From: an uncultured Verrucomicrobia subdivision 3 bacterium | GTDB lineage: Bacteria > Verrucomicrobiota > Verrucomicrobiia > Limisphaerales > UBA11358 | Direction of reading: 5' to 3' | Assembly (NCBI GenBank): GCA_903918885.1 | Contig: CAIXFY010000019.1 | Coordinates: 3,924-67,923, forward strand | DNA: 64,000 nucleotides | Shown here: piece after piece, positions 58,722 to 64,000 of the stretch | How the letters are laid out: each line of letters opens with the position of its first letter | How positions within the stretch are numbered: the stretch's first letter is position 1 | Position numbers and translations under genes: made by a program | Notes under the pieces: model-generated | What the model saw: the letters and a program-made list of their open reading frames with translations, nothing else | Told to the model about the DNA's origin: nothing | Database searches by the model: none

Positions 58722-58817
58722 GAAGCAGGTAGAATGCAGAATGAAGAAATAAAACAGCCACAGTTGACCACGGCGAAGTTTTTTACTTCTTCATTCTGCC
58801 TTCAACATTCTGCCTTC
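58722..58817. repeat. inverted repeat of GAATGNA-type units (family A, copy 2)
   Basis: GCAGAATGAAGAA (58736-58748) pairs perfectly with TTCTTCATTCTGC (58787-58799) across a 38-nt loop. The flanks extend imperfectly. It shares the GCAGAATGAAGAA core with the copy at 47927-48036. Confidence 0.7.
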
Positions 58818-60248
58818 GTTCTCATCGCCATCCTTGCCCTCGCCATTCGCCTTCCGCAACTCGGTTTCCGGCCGATGCACACGGACGAATCCATCAACGC
58901 CTTCATCACCGGCAAATTGCTCGCCGGTGAAAAATATCACTACGACCCGCAAGACCGCCACGGCCCCGTCCTCTATCTGCTCGCCAAACCGGTCGCGCAA
59001 CTTTGCGGCGCGAAAAACCTCTCCGACCTGACGGAAACCGAACTGCGCCTCACGCCCGTCATCATTGGCAGCGCGACCGTCTTGCTGTTTGGCGCCGCCG
59101 TAGAAATGTTTGGCTTCATTCCGTGCCTCATCGCCGCGCTGCTGTTCGCTTTCGCTCCCCTGCCCGTTTATTACAGCCGCTATTTCATCCACGAAACCTT
59201 CTTCGTTGCCGCTACCTTCGGACTCATCATTGCCGGCTGGCGCGCGGTGAAAAACAATTCCGTTTTCGCCGCCGCGATGGCGGGGCTTTGCGCTGCCCTC
59301 ATGCTTGCCTGCAAGGAAACCGCCGTCATCCACTTCTTCGCGCTCGGTGTGGCCGCCGTGGCTTGCGGACCGACCGCTTTAAAAAAATATTTTCCAGCAC
59401 CAAAAATCTTGCTGGCGGCGACCCTGACTTTTTTGGTTGGCGGAATTTTGCTCTTCACTTGGTTTGGGCAAAACTGGTCGGCGCTCGCCGACTTGCTCCG
59501 TGCGATTCCCAACTTCGCCGCGCGCGCTGGCGGTCAGGGGCATGAAAAACCGTTCAGCTATTATTTCTCTATCCTCGATCCGCAATTCATTTTCTTCCTC
59601 GTGGCCGCCGCCGGAGTTTACGCCGCGCTTTGCGCCGCCATCGCCGGCACGCGCCGCACGGGACTGTTACTGGCGATTTACGGATTTTTGATTTTTCTAA
59701 TCTACTCGGTCATTCCCTACAAAACGCCGTGGCTCGCGCTCAATTTCTGGCTGCCGCTGGCGTTGCTTTGCGGTCTCGGCGTGGAAGGCGTCTGGCAACA
59801 ATTTAAAAGCTCGACCGGACGTTGGATTGTTGGCCTCGCCGTCGCTGCGCTCGTGCTGACCGCTGGCGAACAAACCAAGACGCTCGCCTTCGACCATCCG
59901 GCGGATGAACACAATCCTCTCGCCTACGCGCACACGACCGACGACATCCTCGGCTTACCTGTCAGGCTCGAAGAACTCTGCCGGGAAAGAAAAATTCCAG
60001 TTCCGCGCATCGCGGTGGTGGCCAAAGACGCGTGGCCGCTGCCGTGGTATCTGCGGAAATTTTCCAACGTCGGCTACTGGCAACCGGGCACAGAAACTGG
60101 CGCGGCGAATTTCTTCATCACGCCGACGGATGTCTCCGGCGCGCTGGCGGAGCAGTTGAAAGATTATCGCCCGGAATTTTTTGGCGTTCGCCCGAATGTG
60201 CTGCTGATCTTGTGGACGCCCGCCGAAACTTTGCCCGCGCATGAGTGA
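58734..60248 (+). CDS. polytopic membrane protein of the PMT_2/GT39-like (TIGR03663-like) family
   Basis: About 12 hydrophobic segments. The first loop RLPQLGFRPMHTDESINAF...YHYDPQDRHGPVLYLL matches my recollection of the family. The start is uncertain because the 5' end lies inside the repeat. Confidence 0.7.
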   Translation: MQNEEIKQPQLTTAKFFTSSFCLQHSAFVLIAILALAIRLPQLGFRPMHTDESINAFITGKLLAGEKYHYDPQDRHGPVLYLLAKPVAQLCGAKNLSDLTETELRLTPVIIGSATVLLFGAAVEMFGFIPCLIAALLFAFAPLPVYYSRYFIHETFFVAATFGLIIAGWRAVKNNSVFAAAMAGLCAALMLACKETAVIHFFALGVAAVACGPTALKKYFPAPKILLAATLTFLVGGILLFTWFGQNWSALADLLRAIPNFAARAGGQGHEKPFSYYFSILDPQFIFFLVAAAGVYAALCAAIAGTRRTGLLLAIYGFLIFLIYSVIPYKTPWLALNFWLPLALLCGLGVEGVWQQFKSSTGRWIVGLAVAALVLTAGEQTKTLAFDHPADEHNPLAYAHTTDDILGLPVRLEELCRERKIPVPRIAVVAKDAWPLPWYLRKFSNVGYWQPGTETGAANFFITPTDVSGALAEQLKDYRPEFFGVRPNVLLILWTPAETLPAHE

Positions 60249-61077
60249 ACCGGTCATCCATACTTTCAATCATACCGCGATGGCGACACAGTTTCAGGTG
60301 CGCATCGCCGTCGAAGAAAAAAGCTACGCCGGACAGGCAGCACAGGCGGCGTTTGCGCTGACGGACAACTTGGAATCCCGATTAAGCCGCTTCCGCGCCA
60401 ATAGCGAGATTTCGCAAATCGCCCAGCTCGCGGTGGGCGAAAAACTGCGCCTGACCGAACCCGTGCTCGCCTGTCTGCGCCACGCGCAAAAAATGGAGTT
60501 CGCCACGCGCGGCGCGTTTTCCGTGACAGCGGCGGCGCTGAAGACGCAGCCAACAAAACCGCTGTGGTCACTGGTGGAAAATGAGTTTTCCATCCGCTGC
60601 GATAGCGGACGACTGGAGTTCGACCTTGGCGCAATTGGCAAAGGTTTTGCGCTCGACCGCATGGCGGAAGTTTTGCGCGAGTGGAGTTGTCCGGCGTTTC
60701 TGCTGATTGCCGGCGGCAGTAGTATTCTCGCGGGCGATGCGCCGACGGCAACGGCGGGTTGGTCGTGTGGTCTCGGCGATGATAATTCTGCGCGGCGGCA
60801 CTGGCTAAAAAATATTTCTTTGAGCGGCTCCGGGCTGGCGGTGAAGGGAAATCACATTTTTGATCCGCGCACAGGTTTGCCCAGTTCGTGCCGCCATCGC
60901 GCGTGGGCGCTGACGGAATTCGCAGCGGAATCGGATGCGCTTTCGACGGCGTGCATGATTTTGAAGGAACCAGAAATCGCTGAAATCTTGCAGCGAAATG
61001 CCGACTGGCTGGTTTTCCTGCAGGAAAAAGAAAACTGGCGGCACTTGGGCAAACGCCAAATGCCGCCAGCAGCCTAA
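60241..61077 (+). CDS. apbE: ApbE-family FAD:protein FMN transferase
   Basis: Motifs AMATQFQVRI, FDLGAIGKGFALDRM, LIAGGSSI and LSGSGLAVKGNHIFDPRTGLP are present. There is an 8-nt overlap with the upstream gene. No obvious signal peptide or lipobox is seen. Confidence 0.8.
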   Translation: MSEPVIHTFNHTAMATQFQVRIAVEEKSYAGQAAQAAFALTDNLESRLSRFRANSEISQIAQLAVGEKLRLTEPVLACLRHAQKMEFATRGAFSVTAAALKTQPTKPLWSLVENEFSIRCDSGRLEFDLGAIGKGFALDRMAEVLREWSCPAFLLIAGGSSILAGDAPTATAGWSCGLGDDNSARRHWLKNISLSGSGLAVKGNHIFDPRTGLPSSCRHRAWALTEFAAESDALSTACMILKEPEIAEILQRNADWLVFLQEKENWRHLGKRQMPPAA

Positions 61078-61086
61078 CGAGAGTGA

Positions 61087-61944
61087 TTATTTTGCGCCGA
61101 GTCCGCGCACATAGGCGATGCACTGGGTGATGTCACCGACGCTGTTTTTCCAGTTCGCTTCGTATTCGATGGAGGCGTTGCCAGCGAAGTGCTGGCGCTT
61201 CAACTCGTCGAGAATGGCCGCTATGTTGATCTTGCCCGCGCCGAAAGGAACCACCTTGAAAGTCGCATCCTCGTCTTTCAAGTGGGTGCTGATGATGCGG
61301 CCCTGAAGAATTTTCAGGCAATCCACTGGATCCAGACCGGAATGGAACCAGTGGCCGACATCCGCACACGAGCCGATGCGCGCATCGCGATCCTTGACGA
61401 CGCTCAAGATGTAATTTGGATCCCACATCTGGTATTTTGGATCGTTGGCCCGCTTTGGATGATCGTGAAAGCCGACGCGGATGTCGTATTCCTTGACGAG
61501 CTTCTCAATCGTGTCAATCGAGTTCACGGACTCGGTGGTGATGCCGTAAAGCTCGAATTTTTTGGCAAACTCAAAAATCTTCCGTGCGCCAGCCTCATCC
61601 TTGGGTATGGATACCACGCCATAATTGACGGCGCGAATGCCGTCCTTTTCGAGTCGCGCCTTGACGGCGGCGATCATTTCGTCGGTGGCGTTGTGGTCGA
61701 ATTTCGCGCCGGGTTTTTCTGGGCCGTAACTCTGGCCGGGATAAAATTCAATGACCTTGCCACCGGCGGCCGCAGTTTTGTCAATCGCCTCAAAGACGGA
61801 AAATTCCTTGAACGAATACGCCTGGCAGCCGAGGGCGATGCCGTTGATCTGGCAGCTTTCGGGAATAGGCGTGGCGTAGGTGGTGGTGGCCGCGAAGCAA
61901 AGCGCGGCGGCCAAGGGGACGAGACCGAAGAGGTTGATTTTCAT
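61087..61944 (-). CDS. Sec-exported xylose-isomerase-like TIM-barrel protein
   Basis: The signal peptide is MKINLFGLVPLAAALCFAATTTYA. Motifs IEFYPGQ, VGFHDHP and STHLKD suggest an AP_endonuc_2-like fold. Confidence 0.8.
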   Translation of the reverse strand: MKINLFGLVPLAAALCFAATTTYATPIPESCQINGIALGCQAYSFKEFSVFEAIDKTAAAGGKVIEFYPGQSYGPEKPGAKFDHNATDEMIAAVKARLEKDGIRAVNYGVVSIPKDEAGARKIFEFAKKFELYGITTESVNSIDTIEKLVKEYDIRVGFHDHPKRANDPKYQMWDPNYILSVVKDRDARIGSCADVGHWFHSGLDPVDCLKILQGRIISTHLKDEDATFKVVPFGAGKINIAAILDELKRQHFAGNASIEYEANWKNSVGDITQCIAYVRGLGAK

Positions 61945-62130
61945 TTTATATTATTTTGTCAAATGCGTTTAGCACGGCGTAGACGGTTCGTGGTTCAGTC
62001 TGATTGTGATAGGAACAAGTAATTTTGACTAGCATGAAAATTAGACGTCTACCGTAAATTAAAGGTGAAAACATTTTCTTTCTTCTTTTGTTGTAACTTG
62101 TTTTTGGCTTAACTCGTCCCTCAATCCATT

Positions 62131-63591
62131 ATGCAAACACCACGACCCGTCCCCCCAATTCGTTGGAATCGCCGCAATTTTCTCAAGACCGCGACGCTTG
62201 CCTCCGGGGTCGTCGTGTTCGGTGTGCCGACGTTGCTGCGCGGGCAAAACCTGAACAGCAAGCTGAACATCGCCGCCATCGGCGTCGGCGGCAAAGGCAC
62301 CAGCGACATTAATTGTTGCGGCAGCGAAAATATCGTGGCGCTGTGCGACGTGGACACCGACCGATGCGCGGGACAAATCAAAAAACATCCGGATGCGAAG
62401 GTTTATCAGGATTTCCGCAAGCTGTTCGATGAAATGGGCAAGGGCATTGACGCGGTGATGGTTTCAACCCCGGATCATTTTCACGCCATCGCCGCCTCGC
62501 GCGCGATGCGGTTGGGCAAGCACGTCTATGTCCAGAAGCCGCTGGCGCAAACGATTTACGAGGCGCGCTATCTGCGCGACCTCGCGCGCACCACCGGCGT
62601 GGTCACGCAGATGGGCAATCAGGGCAGCGCGTCAGATGGCTTGCGGCGCGGCGTGGAATGCATCCAGGCCGGCATCATCGGCAAGGTAAGCGAAGTTCAC
62701 ATCTGGACAAACCGACCGATCTGGCCACAAGGCTTGAACCGGCCCGACGGTTCCGACCCGGTGCCGGACACGCTCGACTGGGACACTTGGATTGGTCCGG
62801 CTCCAATGAGGTCTTACAAAAAGGACGTCTATAATCCGTTCAACTGGCGGGGCTGGCAAGATTTTGGCACCGGCGCACTCGGCGACATGGCCTGCCACAC
62901 CGTCAACCTGCCGTTCCGTGGGCTGCACCTCGCCTACCCGACGGAAATTGAAGGCGCGGCTCTTGGTGGCATGAACCAAGAGTCCTATCCGCTCGGCTCG
63001 AAAATTCGCTTTGAATTTCCGGCGCGGAAAGTCGAGTCGCTCACGCGCTCGTTCGATCCCGTGACATTCACCTGGTATGATGGAGGTTTCCCCGTTGCCA
63101 ATAAACCCGGCAGGCACGATAACAACAACAAACCGCCCAAGGAACTCCTCGTCGACATCGAAGCGTTGCTGGGTGAAGTGCCGAACAGCGCCTGTCTGCT
63201 CATCGGCGACAAGGGCAAGATTTTTTCCCCGAGCGACTATGGCGAAAGCTTCTTCCTCAAGCTGGCGGATGACAAAAAATTCATCCACTTCACGAAACAT
63301 CTGGCGTTGGCGGCTATTCCGCAAAGCATCCCGCGCAATCCGTTCGGCCACAGCGGCGATAAGGCGCACCATCAAGAATGGATCTCGGCCATCAAGGCTG
63401 GCAAACCAGAGCAATGCTATTCGCGTTTTGAGATCGGCGCGCAACTCACGGAAATCATGCTGCTAGGCTGCGTCGCGCTACGGGCGGGCAAAAAAATTGA
63501 GTGGGACGGGCCGAATATGCGCGCCACCAACTGTCCAGAGGCCGCGCGATTCGTCAAGCGCGAGAACCGCGCCGGCTGGGAGCTTTCTTAA
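62131..63591 (+). CDS. Tat-exported Gfo/Idh/MocA-family oxidoreductase
   Basis: It has the twin-arginine leader NRRNFLKTATLASGVVVFG, the Rossmann motif LNIAAIGVGGKG and VQKPLA. Confidence 0.85.
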   Translation: MQTPRPVPPIRWNRRNFLKTATLASGVVVFGVPTLLRGQNLNSKLNIAAIGVGGKGTSDINCCGSENIVALCDVDTDRCAGQIKKHPDAKVYQDFRKLFDEMGKGIDAVMVSTPDHFHAIAASRAMRLGKHVYVQKPLAQTIYEARYLRDLARTTGVVTQMGNQGSASDGLRRGVECIQAGIIGKVSEVHIWTNRPIWPQGLNRPDGSDPVPDTLDWDTWIGPAPMRSYKKDVYNPFNWRGWQDFGTGALGDMACHTVNLPFRGLHLAYPTEIEGAALGGMNQESYPLGSKIRFEFPARKVESLTRSFDPVTFTWYDGGFPVANKPGRHDNNNKPPKELLVDIEALLGEVPNSACLLIGDKGKIFSPSDYGESFFLKLADDKKFIHFTKHLALAAIPQSIPRNPFGHSGDKAHHQEWISAIKAGKPEQCYSRFEIGAQLTEIMLLGCVALRAGKKIEWDGPNMRATNCPEAARFVKRENRAGWELS

Positions 63592-63608
63592 ACAAAGATT
63601 GATACCGC

Positions 63609-63646
63609 AAAAAAGCCGGAAAGCCAAATAGCTTTCCGGCTTTAAT
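63609..63646. terminator. bidirectional hairpin terminator between convergent genes
   Basis: AAAGCCGGAAAGC-CAAATA-GCTTTCCGGCTTT forms a perfect 13-bp stem with A/T-rich flanks. It lies between the stops at 63591 (+) and 63659 (-). Confidence 0.65.
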
Positions 63647-63658
63647 ACTTTTGCGGGT

Positions 63659-64000
63659 TTATTTCAGTTCCAACTGCACCGGCTTGTAGCCGCCGCGCGC
63701 TTTGAAATACGCCAGCAGCGCGATATACGACACGAGCATGAAAATCGGGAACAGCGCCATTTTGCCGAGCGCGCTGAATTGGCCGGTCGTCGTGGCGTTG
63801 GTGATCGCCGTCGTCGCCGTCGCGTCCGTCACGGCGGCGCTCTTCACCGGATCAATCGCCTGATATTTGCCGAGCAGATAATTTTTCTCCACCGTCACCG
63901 TTTGGTAGAGCGCCGGATTCGCGGCGGCCAGTTGCTGCGTCGCGGACGATTCCTGCAAGTAGCCGATGAACGGCGCACCGAGAATGCCCACCGACAACAT
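63659..64000 (-). CDS. 3' end of a membrane transporter-like protein (possibly MFS), truncated by window edge
   Basis: 113 codons are visible, with a hydrophobic C-terminal helix LFPIFMLVSYIALLAYF. The family call is weak. Confidence 0.4.
   Translation of the reverse strand: MLSVGILGAPFIGYLQESSATQQLAAANPALYQTVTVEKNYLLGKYQAIDPVKSAAVTDATATTAITNATTTGQFSALGKMALFPIFMLVSYIALLAYFKARGGYKPVQLELK

Noticed and set aside
61945-62130. TAGACGTCTA palindrome and GTAGACG/CGTCTAC inverted repeat in the divergent spacer
   Set aside because: The elements are short and isolated and have no supporting context. They are noted only.
1-64000. Search for tRNA/rRNA genes, transposases, integrases, toxin-antitoxin pairs, restriction-modification systems, or nuclease/helicase/NTPase combinations typical of defence islands
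   Set aside because: No intergenic region over 90 bp shows tRNA-like T-arm/anticodon features. Every ORF over 150 aa is either assignable to a metabolic, transport or regulatory family or is a small hydrophobic unknown. There is no support for a defence or mobile system in this window.

Overview
Densely coding 64-kb chromosomal segment with about 50 CDS and roughly 55-60% GC by eye. I recognised no rRNA, tRNA, CRISPR array, transposase, integrase, phage gene or known defence gene. The gene content is many Tat/Sec-exported Gfo/Idh/MocA oxidoreductases, DUF1080, ThuA, xylose-isomerase-like TIM barrels, squalene-hopene cyclase, membrane pyrophosphatase and ClpC. This resembles a Verrucomicrobiota/Planctomycetota-type heterotroph, which is inference only.

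Left to right:
- 1-8.5 kb: ispH 3' end, a dGTPase-like gene, an M3 peptidase, a secreted unknown protein, and POT and OPT peptide transporters.
- 8.5-10.9 kb: a methyltransferase, a hypothetical protein and a polytopic membrane protein.
- 10.9-14.4 kb: three translationally coupled CNNM/CorC paralogs.
- 14.5-18.5 kb: shc, pyrD and dapF.
- 18.7-29.3 kb: a PocR-AraC regulator and a PAS kinase/NarL-type regulator pair. These are followed by a Pat-like ADP-forming acyl-CoA synthetase-GNAT fusion, PFOR and a DHOD-like protein.
- 29.4-37.2 kb: an orphan radical SAM gene in a low-GC islet, then hppA, comF, accD and acs.
- 37.2-45.1 kb: an S8 peptidase, an rfbB/NRS-ER-like/rfbA rhamnose cluster, clpC, a membrane protein and a VOC protein.
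- 45.1-49.6 kb: a DUF1080-GH105/88-DUF4861 fusion with kduD and kduI.
- 49.7-63.6 kb: a paralog-rich, mostly exported cluster of ThuA, DUF1080, Gfo/Idh/MocA, TIM-barrel, DoxX-like, F5/8-C lectin, GT39-like and ApbE genes.

I do not see a convincing new defence or mobile system. The observations most worth follow-up are:
1. The periplasmic oxidoreductase/TIM-barrel/DUF1080/ThuA supercluster, which fits an oxidative 3-keto glycoside-cleavage logic.
2. A sharp ~295-bp AT-rich island inside the open reading frame of the three-domain glycosidase.
3. Two families of short hairpin repeats built from tandem 7-8-mers, two of which overlap gene 5' ends and are translated as signal-peptide/TM segments.
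4. A 1-nt frameshift splitting a DUF1080 gene.
5. The Pat-like/PFOR/DHOD-like module with its own regulators.
6. A rhamnose cluster that appears to replace RmlC+RmlD with one NRS/ER-like protein.

All family assignments come from motif recognition by eye and need HMM or BLAST confirmation.
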